Assembly: GCA_002495845.1 (NCBI GenBank)
Contig: DAHF01000103.1
Coordinates: 20,755-61,752 of the forward strand
Origin: Sulfolobus sp. UBA167
Lineage (GTDB): Archaea > Thermoproteota > Thermoprotei_A > Sulfolobales > Sulfolobaceae
Length of the DNA: 40,998 nt
Direction: 5' to 3'
Part shown: positions 10,988 through 20,755 of the stretch, piece after piece
Position numbering within the stretch: the first letter of the stretch is position 1
Layout of the letters: each line of letters opens with the position of its first letter
The notes under the pieces: generated by a model
The model's database searches: none
What the model saw: only the letters and a program-made list of their open reading frames with translations
What the model was told of the DNA's origin: nothing
Made by a program: the position numbers and the translations under genes

Positions 10988-11614
10988 ATGGAAAAGATAG
11001 AATATAAAGAGAAAGCTATAGAGGAGATATCAATTCGTGTCAAGGAAATCCTAGAGTTATTAGGAGAGGACGTGAACAGGGAAGGTCTAAGGGAGACTCC
11101 TACAAGGGTTGCAAAGGCACTTTATGAGATGACCTCTGGATTAAGGACGGACCCACCAGAGATAAAGGTGTTCAAGCTATCGGAAGCTGGAGACGTAGAA
11201 TATGAGGAAGACCAGCTCATCGTGGCTAAAGATGTGGGTTTCTCATCTTTGTGTGAGCATCATCTGCTTCCATTCATAGGCAAGGTCCATATAGCATACG
11301 TCGTTGGAAAAGGAGGAAAGGTAGCAGGGTTCAGTAAGCTAATAAGGATAACGAATTATTATGCATCCAGACCCCAAATTCAGGAAAGGTTAATTTCACA
11401 AATAGCCGATGCCTTGATGAACAGCGACGTAGAACCTAAAGGCGTTCTGGTCATAGGAAGTGGAGTGCATATGTGTTCCTTCGTTAGGGGCGTAAAGGAC
11501 AGGGAGGCAAACTTGGTATCCATTGCGACCAGGGGGGTTTTAAAGACAAACAGATCCTTGAGGAACCAAGCGATGAGGCTAATAGAATCATCCACTAAGC
11601 AAAACTTATTATAA
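10988..11614 (+). CDS. folE: GTP cyclohydrolase I (type IA)
   Basis: [31 protein letters not shown] and HMC..RGV. Confidence 0.94.
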   Translation: MEKIEYKEKAIEEISIRVKEILELLGEDVNREGLRETPTRVAKALYEMTSGLRTDPPEIKVFKLSEAGDVEYEEDQLIVAKDVGFSSLCEHHLLPFIGKVHIAYVVGKGGKVAGFSKLIRITNYYASRPQIQERLISQIADALMNSDVEPKGVLVIGSGVHMCSFVRGVKDREANLVSIATRGVLKTNRSLRNQAMRLIESSTKQNLL

Positions 11615-11644
11615 GATATTTATAAAATATGTTTTATACACTAC

Positions 11645-12535
11645 ATGTCAAGCAAGAGGCTTATTTTGTCAATACTTAAGGAGAACGGAGGTTCCCTCCC
11701 TCAGTCCAAGCTTAGAGAGATCACTGGACTGTCCAAAAGCAGGCTTTCGGAGATTCTCTCTGAGATGGAGAAGGAGGGAGAGATTTCAAGGGAGAGGATA
11801 ATTGGGAAGAACCTCTCGGTCTCTTTAAGGAACTCGCTTAGAATAGGCATAATAAACGCCGCAGAGTACCCTTTCATTATTCCATTCTACAAGAATACGA
11901 AAGAGAAAGGCTACAACGTTAAATTGGAAGTGTACAGCGACGGCGTCTCCCTAACTAAAGATCTAGTTCTGGGCAAGCTTGACGTCGCTATGTCGCCACT
12001 TGTAACGCAGCTTTTCTTCAAAAGGATATTTGATAACATAGAGATTATCTCGGGCGGAGCTAAAGGAGGAGGGGGTATAGCTGGCCAGAGCTGTGGCAAG
12101 GTCGGCTCCACGTTCATTTCCAGTATGGAAGCTTGGACGCTAGAGTACTGTAAAGAAGCCGATATAGTGCACATGAAAAGCCCTACTGAGCTCATAGATA
12201 AGCTCAACAGAAAGGAAGTAGACGCAGTAGCTATCTGGGAGCCATACCTTACCATGTTAAAGAGCAGGGGTATAAAGGTGAATTACTTTGAACGCGAACA
12301 TTGTTGTACTTTAGCGATAAGGAAAGATGTGGCTAAAGCGGAGGAAATTAAAAGGATTTATGAAGATTCCTTCTCAGAGTTTCTCAGCTCAAAAGAAAGA
12401 TGGATAAGCGATTATTCGAATTTCCTTAATTTTGATTACAACATGTTGAGCAATGCAGTTCAGACTTATGAATTTGAGAGTTACATTGACCCTAAGGAGA
12501 TGCAGAAAATTCGAAAAATATCGATTTCCCTTTGA
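11645..12535 (+). CDS. Winged-HTH protein fused to a NitT/TauT-like solute-binding domain (putative one-component regulator)
   Basis: QSKLREITGLSKSRLSEILSEME HTH, then GKLDVAMSP, DAVAIWEPY and HCCTL; no signal peptide. Confidence 0.75.
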   Translation: MSSKRLILSILKENGGSLPQSKLREITGLSKSRLSEILSEMEKEGEISRERIIGKNLSVSLRNSLRIGIINAAEYPFIIPFYKNTKEKGYNVKLEVYSDGVSLTKDLVLGKLDVAMSPLVTQLFFKRIFDNIEIISGGAKGGGGIAGQSCGKVGSTFISSMEAWTLEYCKEADIVHMKSPTELIDKLNRKEVDAVAIWEPYLTMLKSRGIKVNYFEREHCCTLAIRKDVAKAEEIKRIYEDSFSEFLSSKERWISDYSNFLNFDYNMLSNAVQTYEFESYIDPKEMQKIRKISISL

Positions 12536-12563
12536 TTGAGCGTAGAAGAGAATGTCGTAACGC

Positions 12564-12600
12564 AAAAATTATGTTTTTCCCTTTTTTAAAAAAATAAAGT
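12564..12600. terminator. Probable bidirectional oligo-T terminator zone between the convergent regulator and glnA
   Basis: aaaaattatgtttttcccttttttaaaaaaataaag has T-tracts on both strands. Confidence 0.5.
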
Positions 12601-12613
12601 CTTTTCCTTCCTT

Positions 12614-14035
12614 TTATGAATCCAAGTAGTAGTAGAGCTCCATTGGGTGTGGATACATTTGCAGGGTCTTAGCTTCTTGCCTCTTAAGGTCTATGTATGT
12701 GTCGATTATGGAACTACTGAAGACCGGTTTCAAGAACTCCTTGTCGCTTTCCAGCTCGTCGAGAGCCTCGTCCAAACTTCTAGGAAGCTCCCTTATTCCC
12801 TTGTCCCTTCTCTTCTCTGGGGTCAGGTGGTAAATGTTCTCGTCCACGGGATCGCCTGGGTCCATCTTCCTGTTAACCCCGTCCATTGCTGCCATTAGCA
12901 CTGCTGAGAACAGGAGATATGGGTTACATGAAGGGTCTGGAGCTCTATATTCGATCCTTTTAGCTTTCTCGATGCCTCTAAAGTATGATGGTACTCTAAT
13001 TATCGCACTCCTGTTACCTCTGCTCCATGCAGTGTACACGGGAGCCTCAAAGCCTGGGACTAGCCTCCTATAACTGTTTACACTCGGCGACGCTATTGCG
13101 GACAGCGCCCTAGCGTGATGGAGGACGCCTCCTATTACATACCTACCGGTCTGGCTTATCTCGGCGTACTCATCGTTAGGGTCGAACATCAAGTTCTTGC
13201 CTTCGTTACTCCATAAGCTGAAGTGAGTATGCATTCCTGTTCCGTTGTCTCCGTAAATTGGCTTCGGCATGAAAGTGGCAGTCAAACCATGCTTTGCGGC
13301 AACGTTCTTGGTGACGTACTTTAATGTTTGTACTTTGTCTGCTGTGTCGGTCAAAGTAGAAAATCTAAAGTCTATTTCTCCCTGACCTGCTGTCGCTACC
13401 TCGTGGTGAGTTGCCTCGATAGTGAACCCGAAGTACTTAACGAGAGTATCTACGATTTCCACCCTTACGTCCATTAGCTTGTCCACGGGCGGAGCAGGAT
13501 AATATCCTTCCTTGTATCTGATCATGAACGAACCGCTGTTGTCCCAGGGGGATTCCCTAGCGTGGACTTTATAACCAGTACCTGATTGAGGCGTTGCCAC
13601 GTCTAGGTCGACTTTATCGAAAAGGAAGAACTCTAACTCAGGGCCGAAGAAAGATTTGTATCCATGTTCTTGCTGAAACTTCTCTGCAGCGTTAGCCACT
13701 CCTCTTGGATCCCTTTCAAACCTTCCCTTTCCCCCACCCCAATATACGTCCGTGAGTATTCTCATGACTCCAGGGGACCAAGGTATTATAGACGCAGTCT
13801 CAGCTAACGGCATCAATACCATATCGCTTTCAAAGATCTCCGTGAAGCCTCTTATGCTACTTCCGTCGAGCTTTCCGAATCCAGCCTTGAAGCTTTCAAG
13901 CTCAACGTCCGTGGACGGTATAGTTATGTGGTGTAGCCTACCTGGTAAATCAGTAAATTGCAGATCTACCCATCCTATGTTGTTTTCTTTTATTAACTTG
14001 AGTACATCCTCTGCCGATTTTAGCATGCTCGGCAT
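12614..14035 (-). CDS. glnA: Glutamine synthetase type I
   Basis: [50 protein letters not shown] and [13 protein letters not shown]. Confidence 0.98.
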   Translation of the reverse strand: MPSMLKSAEDVLKLIKENNIGWVDLQFTDLPGRLHHITIPSTDVELESFKAGFGKLDGSSIRGFTEIFESDMVLMPLAETASIIPWSPGVMRILTDVYWGGGKGRFERDPRGVANAAEKFQQEHGYKSFFGPELEFFLFDKVDLDVATPQSGTGYKVHARESPWDNSGSFMIRYKEGYYPAPPVDKLMDVRVEIVDTLVKYFGFTIEATHHEVATAGQGEIDFRFSTLTDTADKVQTLKYVTKNVAAKHGLTATFMPKPIYGDNGTGMHTHFSLWSNEGKNLMFDPNDEYAEISQTGRYVIGGVLHHARALSAIASPSVNSYRRLVPGFEAPVYTAWSRGNRSAIIRVPSYFRGIEKAKRIEYRAPDPSCNPYLLFSAVLMAAMDGVNRKMDPGDPVDENIYHLTPEKRRDKGIRELPRSLDEALDELESDKEFLKPVFSSSIIDTYIDLKRQEAKTLQMYPHPMELYYYLDS

Positions 14036-14038
14036 TAT

Positions 14039-14065
14039 TGATGAAGAGTATAAAAACTTTCATCA
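14039..14065. promoter_or_regulatory. Inverted repeat TGATGAA-N13-TTCATCA enclosing a TATA-like box upstream of glnA
   Basis: Arms at 14039-14045 and 14059-14065; the minus strand reads TTTTTATA at 14056-14049. Confidence 0.5.
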
Positions 14066-14144
14066 CTATTTGAGTAAAAACTATTCAATTTCTTATGCAC
14101 GAAAAGACCGTGAACGTTAAAAAATGATGAAATTTATTTTAAGC

Positions 14145-14753
14145 CTAATATTCCATTTCCAATCTACCGTTTCTCATAACGTAGTGATGCTCAGCATGTC
14201 CAACGTCCTTCATATCCTGCGTGATGTAAACCAGTTGAATAGAATTCTTTTTACATAAAGAGATAAATTTTTGGATGAACGAGTCTCTGTCGTTTATGTT
14301 CGAGAACGCTTCGTCCGCAATTATAACGTCAGGCTTTCCCAACAATGCCGTAGCGAGCGAAACTCTCTCTCTATTGCCTAGGCTGAGCTCGCTAAGCTTC
14401 TTCTCTGCTGTTGGAACCTTTAGCTCTTGAGCTACCGTGTCCACGTCTAGGGAGTTTCCTCTTCTCAGCCCTGCCTTATATCCCCACTTCAAGTGCCTAG
14501 AAGGAGTGAAGTTCGGAACGAATGAGGAGGGAGTAACAAGGACTACCCCGCGTTCCCCAAGTTTCTTCTGTGTCACGTCTTTTCCATTTATTTTAACGTA
14601 ACCCTCATCGTGTTTAAGCGACCCGCTCAATATCCTAGCTAGCGTAGACTTTCCGCTCCCGTTCTCCCCTGTTATGGCTATGTTTCCTTCTTCCTTTAGG
14701 CTCACGTCGAGGAAGAAGTCCTTCAGTCTCTTCTTAACAGCACAGTCTATCAT
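14145..14753 (-). CDS. Orphan ABC ATP-binding protein (ModC/WtpC-like N-terminus)
   Basis: Walker A GENGSGKS, signature LSLGN, Walker B IIADE; no permease gene nearby. Confidence 0.85.
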   Translation of the reverse strand: MIDCAVKKRLKDFFLDVSLKEEGNIAITGENGSGKSTLARILSGSLKHDEGYVKINGKDVTQKKLGERGVVLVTPSSFVPNFTPSRHLKWGYKAGLRRGNSLDVDTVAQELKVPTAEKKLSELSLGNRERVSLATALLGKPDVIIADEAFSNINDRDSFIQKFISLCKKNSIQLVYITQDMKDVGHAEHHYVMRNGRLEMEY

Positions 14754-15148
14754 TGGATGTATTTTGTTAGGGCTTTATCTAAAGTTTCCTCATCTATTGC
14801 GCCAACTAGGGTATCCTCGAGTTTTCCGTTCACGAATATTAAGGTGGTTGGTATGTTCATTATGTTGTATTTGTCTGCCGTTTTGTTGTTCTCGTCCACA
14901 TTGACCCTGCCGAAGAAGGCCTTTTCCTTATATTTGGAAGCTATTTTCTTGAATACGGGCTCATAGAGGTGACATGGAGCGCACCACGTAGCCCAGAAGT
15001 CTAGGACGACTACCTTGTTCTCCTTGAGTATCTCGTCTATGTTCTCGTCTTCAACTTGTTGCAACTCCGATGGGGTTTCCTTCAAGGAATTAGCTAAGCT
15101 AGAAAGCCTCTCTGAGATCTCCTTTACTAATTTATCTATTTCAGACAC
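14750..15148 (-). CDS. trxA: Thioredoxin
   Basis: DFWATWCAPC and cis-Pro loop NIPT. Confidence 0.95.
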   Translation of the reverse strand: MSEIDKLVKEISERLSSLANSLKETPSELQQVEDENIDEILKENKVVVLDFWATWCAPCHLYEPVFKKIASKYKEKAFFGRVNVDENNKTADKYNIMNIPTTLIFVNGKLEDTLVGAIDEETLDKALTKYIQ

Positions 15149-15152
15149 GTTC

Positions 15153-16502
15153 TCATCCTTCTATGTAGACTCTCTTAAGCCTCTTATAAAACGCTACCTT
15201 AGAGTTGACGTAGTTCATGATCTCTTCCTCTTTTACGTTTCCCCTTACTTTTACATAAGCTACTGGTTGCTGACCGAGGTTTCCTGCGTCCTCTCCCTTC
15301 ACCTCAGCCCATGTCACATTGGGATGGGTCAACAGGATTTCCTCTAGGTCACGGGGGAAGATAGGGTATCCTTTATACTTCAGCATCCTCTTCTTCACTC
15401 CTCGGAAATAGAGGAGACCCTTTTCATCCATGGACACCAGATCACCGCTCTTCAGCCACTCTTCATTGAAGACCTTCTCAGTTTCCCCTTGATCATCATA
15501 TCCCAACATGATCCAAGGGGCTTTTATTAAGAGTTCTCCAGTTTGGTTCTCTCCTACTTCCTTGTTCTCATCGTTTACTATCTTTACTTCAGCGTTAGGT
15601 AAGGGCTTTCCTATGGAGATGACTCCAGAGAACTCCTTGGGCTGGAAAGTGATCACTAAACCCTCCGTGAAACCGTACTGTTGAACTATGTCCTTGCCGT
15701 ATTTTTGTTTGAACTGCTCCACCGTTTTAGGGAACAGCGGGGCGGCCGTGCTGACACAAAGCTCGAGGCTACTTAGGTTAGAATGGGAAGAATTAAAAGA
15801 GTCGTAAATCATGGGAACCGTAGCGAGGTAGTTCAAACTATATTTCGATATAGCTGAGGATGCCTCGTCGGTGGAGAACTTCTTCATGACGTACATCTTC
15901 CCCCCAGCCTCTAACGTAACTCCGAACACGCTGTTTCCTAGTACGTGAGCTATAGGGACCGTAAGTATCGACTTAACTTCAGTTAACCCTATACCTTTGA
16001 GTAGAGATATCGCGTTAAGCCTGACCCTTTGGGCGCTGTGCCTTACTTGCATCGTTTTTCCTGCTATACCAGCGTAATAGTAGATCAGCCCAGTTTCGTC
16101 CTCTGTATAAGAGTAAGGTGAGGCAGTATTGTTGCTACTGTTTACCTCTGTGACAGTTTTATATCCTTTTAAGTAATCTTTTTCACGTTGAATTATTTCT
16201 TCATCAGTAAATACAACGTCAGGCTTGGAGTCGTCTAAAATGAACTTTAAATCTTCTGCTGAAGTTAAAGGATCTATCGCCACTACCTTAGCCCCAGCCC
16301 AGAATGAAGCTAGGTAATAGAGAACTGACTTCAACGAATTGTTCATAATGTGGGCTACAGTGTCCCCTGGAGACAAGGTAGACGCTATTTGTGATACTCT
16401 CTCCCTAACTTGTTCGTAAGTCAGGGAAGTCTCAGAGTCTATTAAAAATGTAGTGGAAGGCTTTTCTTTATACCACTTTTCTAGCGCTTCTCCATAGCTC
16501 AA
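15153..16502 (-). CDS. Class I adenylate-forming (acyl-CoA ligase-like) protein with degenerate motifs
   Basis: QYGFTEG, GELLIKAPWIMLGY and SGDL are retained; the P-loop is altered. Confidence 0.8.
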   Translation of the reverse strand: MSYGEALEKWYKEKPSTTFLIDSETSLTYEQVRERVSQIASTLSPGDTVAHIMNNSLKSVLYYLASFWAGAKVVAIDPLTSAEDLKFILDDSKPDVVFTDEEIIQREKDYLKGYKTVTEVNSSNNTASPYSYTEDETGLIYYYAGIAGKTMQVRHSAQRVRLNAISLLKGIGLTEVKSILTVPIAHVLGNSVFGVTLEAGGKMYVMKKFSTDEASSAISKYSLNYLATVPMIYDSFNSSHSNLSSLELCVSTAAPLFPKTVEQFKQKYGKDIVQQYGFTEGLVITFQPKEFSGVISIGKPLPNAEVKIVNDENKEVGENQTGELLIKAPWIMLGYDDQGETEKVFNEEWLKSGDLVSMDEKGLLYFRGVKKRMLKYKGYPIFPRDLEEILLTHPNVTWAEVKGEDAGNLGQQPVAYVKVRGNVKEEEIMNYVNSKVAFYKRLKRVYIEG

Positions 16503-16540
16503 GACTATCAGGATACCCTTTAATCCTACCCTATTATTTT

Positions 16541-17422
16541 TTGGTAATGATTACAGTTCAGGGGCTTTCCAGGATCCATATTACGCTCATCAACATGGAT
16601 AGGAAGCTAAACAGGGTAGACGGAGGCGTAGGCATTGCTCTGAAGGAACCGAAGATAATGGTCTCTACTGGGAACTGCATGGATTTTCCGTTGGATTTGG
16701 ACTTCAAAGTTCCTGGGATATGTATAAAGGAAGATTACCCGGAACATGTTGGATTGGGCCACACAACTCAGTTCAGGCTTTCACTGGCTAAGCTAGCCTC
16801 AGAGTATAACCACCTACCTTACACCATTCAAGAATTAGCCTTCAAAGTGAGGAGAGGAACTACGTCGGGTATCGGGCTCTATGCCTTCAGTTATGGAGGC
16901 CTCGTCTTAGATGGAGGTCATTCGCTAAAGGTAAAGAAGGATGTTCTACCTTCCGACTTCGCGGACTCTCCACCCCCGCCCTTACTTGCAAGAATGGATT
17001 TCCCTTGGAAAGTATATATAAACATTCCCAAAGGTAAGAGAGTGTTCGGAAGGGAGGAGTTAGAGTTCTTCAAATCCGCCAAGCCAGATAACGTGGACGA
17101 GCTCTCTAGAGTAGTACTCATGGGGCTTTTACCTTCGGTAGCAGAGAGGGACCTTGAAGGGGCGCTAGACTCGATCAGGAGAATACAGACGCTAGGCTTT
17201 AAGAAGCTCGAAGTGAGTTTGCAATCCGATGAAGTGAAGTCTCTCATGAAAGACATGGAAGTTGCAGGATTCCCCGGGGGGTTATCATCTTTTGGACCAT
17301 TAGTTTACACGTTCGTCTCCTCCAGAAGGGAAGGTGAGGAACTGGTATCCAGATTCGGCGGTTCGGTAGTCGAACCTAACAACGAAGGGGCGAGGGTTAG
17401 ATGGACTACGACGAATTCGTGA
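16541..17422 (+). CDS. Beta-ribofuranosylaminobenzene 5'-phosphate (RFAP) synthase, GHMP fold
   Basis: SRIHITLI...DGGVGIAL, HVGLGHTTQ, RGTTSGIG, GGLVLDGGH and GLSSFGP. Confidence 0.88.
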   Translation: MVMITVQGLSRIHITLINMDRKLNRVDGGVGIALKEPKIMVSTGNCMDFPLDLDFKVPGICIKEDYPEHVGLGHTTQFRLSLAKLASEYNHLPYTIQELAFKVRRGTTSGIGLYAFSYGGLVLDGGHSLKVKKDVLPSDFADSPPPPLLARMDFPWKVYINIPKGKRVFGREELEFFKSAKPDNVDELSRVVLMGLLPSVAERDLEGALDSIRRIQTLGFKKLEVSLQSDEVKSLMKDMEVAGFPGGLSSFGPLVYTFVSSRREGEELVSRFGGSVVEPNNEGARVRWTTTNS

Positions 17423-18432
17423 TTGAGGAGCTAAGGAAAGTATATGGAAACTACGTAGATTCATTTCTGAGGGAAATAAGGAAGCCGAATCCGAGGCTTT
17501 ACGTTAGGGTCAATACGATCAAGGCCGATCCTGGGGAGGTAGCAGATAGAATAGGTTTCAAGATAGATGAGGACTTCCCGGAAGCCTTGTATGTGCCTAT
17601 AAAAGGCCCATTTAAGGTCGAGACTTACGATGATGTGGTAATCGTAGACAAGAAGACAGCCGAAAGCGTAATGGTGGGCGCTGACGTATTTAGGCCCGGC
17701 GTCAAGAGAGCTAAAGCAAAGGTAGGTAGGAGAGTTACTGTGATGAGCGAACTTGGGGACGTAGTAGGAGAGGGTGAGTTCATAAATTCCCCAGACCTCG
17801 TTGTGAAGGTAGACAATTCTCTATATTCCTCCGTTAAGCTCTCGGAACTGCCAGAGCTAGCTAATGGAGAGATTTATGTTCAAGGCAAGTCTTCCATGTT
17901 TGTGGCCAGATTGTTAGATCCAAGACCGGGAGAAACGATAGTCGACATGAACGCTGCGCCTGGAGGAAAACTCACGCACGTGGTACAGCTCCAGCCTAAA
18001 GCTAGAGTTCTCGGGTTCGACCATACTGCGAGGAAGGTGGAGAAGATGAGGACGTTGTTGGCCAAGATGAACACCGTGGCCCAAGTATTTGAAGGAGACT
18101 CCAGATACCTTTATGAGGACTTCGGTCTTAGGGATGTGGACAAGGTAATAATAGACCCTCCGTGTTCCGCAATGGGGCTGAGACCTAAGCTTTACGATAA
18201 GAAGACTAGGAAAGATATTTTAACATTCTCAGAATATCAAAAGCAATTTTTAAACTCTGCATTCAAAATACTTAAAAAAGGGGGTACTGTGATTTATTCC
18301 ACGTGCACAGTGACTGAAATGGAGAACGAAGGGGTGGTCGACGACAAACGCTTTGATATAGACCTAGAACTGAGGTTCCACCCTATGCATGGGATGACAG
18401 GCTTTTTTATAGCCAAACTGATAAAAAAGTGA
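17401..18432 (+). CDS. RsmB/NOL1/NOP2 RNA m5C methyltransferase with PUA domain (NSUN6-like)
   Basis: VDMNAAPGGK, DPPCSAMG and YSTCT; PUA segment AESVMVGADVFRPGV. Confidence 0.9.
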   Translation: MDYDEFVIEELRKVYGNYVDSFLREIRKPNPRLYVRVNTIKADPGEVADRIGFKIDEDFPEALYVPIKGPFKVETYDDVVIVDKKTAESVMVGADVFRPGVKRAKAKVGRRVTVMSELGDVVGEGEFINSPDLVVKVDNSLYSSVKLSELPELANGEIYVQGKSSMFVARLLDPRPGETIVDMNAAPGGKLTHVVQLQPKARVLGFDHTARKVEKMRTLLAKMNTVAQVFEGDSRYLYEDFGLRDVDKVIIDPPCSAMGLRPKLYDKKTRKDILTFSEYQKQFLNSAFKILKKGGTVIYSTCTVTEMENEGVVDDKRFDIDLELRFHPMHGMTGFFIAKLIKK

Positions 18433-18433
18433 C

Positions 18434-18937
18434 ATGCCTCTAGAAGGTTTCGTGGGGAAGTTCCCAAGGGTAAGTGAGAACTCTTTCATACACCCAACGG
18501 CTTACATCATTGGGGACGTGGAGATAGGGGAGATGTCGAGCGTCTGGCATTACTCTGTAATTAGGGGAGACAATGATTCCATATACATAGGCCGTGGGTC
18601 CAACATACAAGAGAATTCCTCGGTGCATACAGACCCAGGTTATAAAGTTAGGATAGGAGATAATGTCACTGTAGGACATAACGCAGTAATCCACGGGGCC
18701 AAAGTCGGATCCAACGTAATCGTCGGGATGGGGGCAATATTGCTTAACGGGTGCAAAATAGGGGATTATTCAATTATCGGTGCAGGCACAGTTGTCCCTG
18801 AGGGGAGGGAAATCCCGGAATATAGCCTAGCCCTAGGGGTGCCTGCGAGGGTGGTGAGGAAGCTCAAGGAAGAAGAAATAAAAGTTATAGAGGAGAATGC
18901 GATAGAATATATAAATCATGTAAAGAGGTCATTGTAA
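18434..18937 (+). CDS. Gamma-carbonic anhydrase family (hexapeptide repeat) protein
   Basis: IRGD, SNIQEN..VH, VGHNAVIHG. Confidence 0.9.
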   Translation: MPLEGFVGKFPRVSENSFIHPTAYIIGDVEIGEMSSVWHYSVIRGDNDSIYIGRGSNIQENSSVHTDPGYKVRIGDNVTVGHNAVIHGAKVGSNVIVGMGAILLNGCKIGDYSIIGAGTVVPEGREIPEYSLALGVPARVVRKLKEEEIKVIEENAIEYINHVKRSL

Positions 18938-18938
18938 A

Positions 18939-19907
18939 ATGGGCAGGGACATTAAAGCGGTAAAATGGTTCTTCAATACGCAAGTACTTAAGGATCCATT
19001 CAATCCGGGATATGCTACTTTCAAAGTTACTTCGAAGTGCAACCTGAGATGCACCTTCTGCAATCCCTCATATTATAGCGGAGAGTTAGGCGAAGAACCG
19101 ACTGAGAGAGTCAAGAAGATGATAGACAACATGAGGGACTCCTCCGTTATAGTCCTATCCTTTGAGGGCGGTGAGCCCACTTCAAGACCTGATATACTAG
19201 ATCTCTTAGATTACGCGCATGACGGTTCGTTTTACATCATGCTGACATCAAATGGCTACAGGCTAAGGGACGAGGATTTTCTTACCAAGGTGGCAGACAA
19301 AATAGATTTCTTACACTATTCTATAGATGAGTACCATTGGAACGTGAAGAGCTTAGACGACATTTGCAGGTTCAGGAAATATGGGATAAAAGTGAACGTC
19401 CAGACCGTAGTTACTAGATTCAACTTGGACAAGTTAGAAGAGAAAGTCAGAAAGGTAAGGGAGTGCGGTTATAAGATACTAGCGATGCCAGCAGTAGACT
19501 ACCCTGACTCAAAAGTGAAGCTTGCTCCAGACCCAGAGAAGTTCTACAAGGTAATGTATGAACTAAAGAGCAAGTACGGCTCCACTTTAAATAACTCTTG
19601 GGGGTTCATCAACGCATTAGTAGGGAATGTACCATCTAGAGTTACAAGCTACGCTATAACGATATATCCTAACGGTGATCTACCTTATCCTGACGATATA
19701 AACGGACAAGTTGTAGGTAACGTAGCGGAGACCAAATTGAGGGACATAATGAAGTCAGAAAAAGTTAAGTCATTACAAAAGAAAATGCTGGAGAACCAAG
19801 CTAAGTTCGAGTACCTTCACCTCCAGACAGCCTCATTTAATAGCCTTAAAGACCTCATATCGTATGCCACGGAGATGGCTAAATGGCGCTTTACCGGTAA
19901 GGCTTAA
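18939..19907 (+). CDS. cds: Radical SAM enzyme, probable calditol synthase
   Basis: CNLRCTFC and GGEP are seen directly. The cds call rests on recalled Sulfolobales synteny next to xerA, not on an alignment. Confidence 0.6.
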   Translation: MGRDIKAVKWFFNTQVLKDPFNPGYATFKVTSKCNLRCTFCNPSYYSGELGEEPTERVKKMIDNMRDSSVIVLSFEGGEPTSRPDILDLLDYAHDGSFYIMLTSNGYRLRDEDFLTKVADKIDFLHYSIDEYHWNVKSLDDICRFRKYGIKVNVQTVVTRFNLDKLEEKVRKVRECGYKILAMPAVDYPDSKVKLAPDPEKFYKVMYELKSKYGSTLNNSWGFINALVGNVPSRVTSYAITIYPNGDLPYPDDINGQVVGNVAETKLRDIMKSEKVKSLQKKMLENQAKFEYLHLQTASFNSLKDLISYATEMAKWRFTGKA

Positions 19908-20755
19908 CCGAAGGTCTTCTTGTAGATTTCTTGAGCATCGTCGTTCACCAGATGCATGTATATCTGCGTTGTCTTGATGTCATGGTGTCCTAATATCCTC
20001 TGTAATATCGGTAGAGGTATTCCTCTCTTTACCGCCATCGTGGCGAAGGTATGACGTAGTATGTGGGGTCTCAAGTCCTCTATTCCGCATCTCTTTCCTG
20101 CCCTTTTGATTAGCTTATAAAGGGCTTGGTAGCTCATGTCAAACAGTCTGCTCTGTGGTTCCTTTCCGCGGATGTAGGATCTGAGCTGGGTCGCAGTGTC
20201 TTCGGTGAAGAAAACTACCCTTTCCTCACCGTTCTTCGTGTTTCTCAGCCTCAAGAGATTGTGATTCAAATCTACATCTGCGACCCTGAGGGACAGGAGC
20301 TCATTTGAACGCATTCCGGTTTCTAGCAATAGCTTTACAGCCAATCTGCCTTTCCTCCCTCTTATTGCGTTGACCAATGAGAGGGACTGCTTCTCGTCGA
20401 GGGCTTTGTACTCCTTTCTCCTGATGCGAGGTAAAGGTCCTTTGATATCTTTTCCTATCCACTTGAGATACCTTCTTACGGCTATGCCGTACGACCTAAC
20501 CGTGACCGTCTTAGCCCTTTTCTCTTCTATGTCGTCCACTCTGGTTTTCCCCTTTCTTGACATTAATGATATCATCCATCGATTGAAATCTGACGTGGAA
20601 CATTCCTTGGGGTCTTTTCCTATGAAGTCAAGGAAGTCCTTGACAGCAGTGGAATAGAGCTTAATCGTGCCCTTTCCCGCCCCTGCTAATATGAGTGAAT
20701 TAACGAACGATTCTAGGCTAACGTCGTCTGTAGCGGAGCCTATTTCTAGCCTCAC
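19904..20755 (-). CDS. xerA: Chromosomal tyrosine recombinase XerA
   Basis: TGMR, TKNGEER, HILRHTFAT and LGHHDIKTTQIY catalytic set; likely GTG start at 20755; housekeeping context. Confidence 0.9.
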   Translation of the reverse strand: MRLEIGSATDDVSLESFVNSLILAGAGKGTIKLYSTAVKDFLDFIGKDPKECSTSDFNRWMISLMSRKGKTRVDDIEEKRAKTVTVRSYGIAVRRYLKWIGKDIKGPLPRIRRKEYKALDEKQSLSLVNAIRGRKGRLAVKLLLETGMRSNELLSLRVADVDLNHNLLRLRNTKNGEERVVFFTEDTATQLRSYIRGKEPQSRLFDMSYQALYKLIKRAGKRCGIEDLRPHILRHTFATMAVKRGIPLPILQRILGHHDIKTTQIYMHLVNDDAQEIYKKTFG

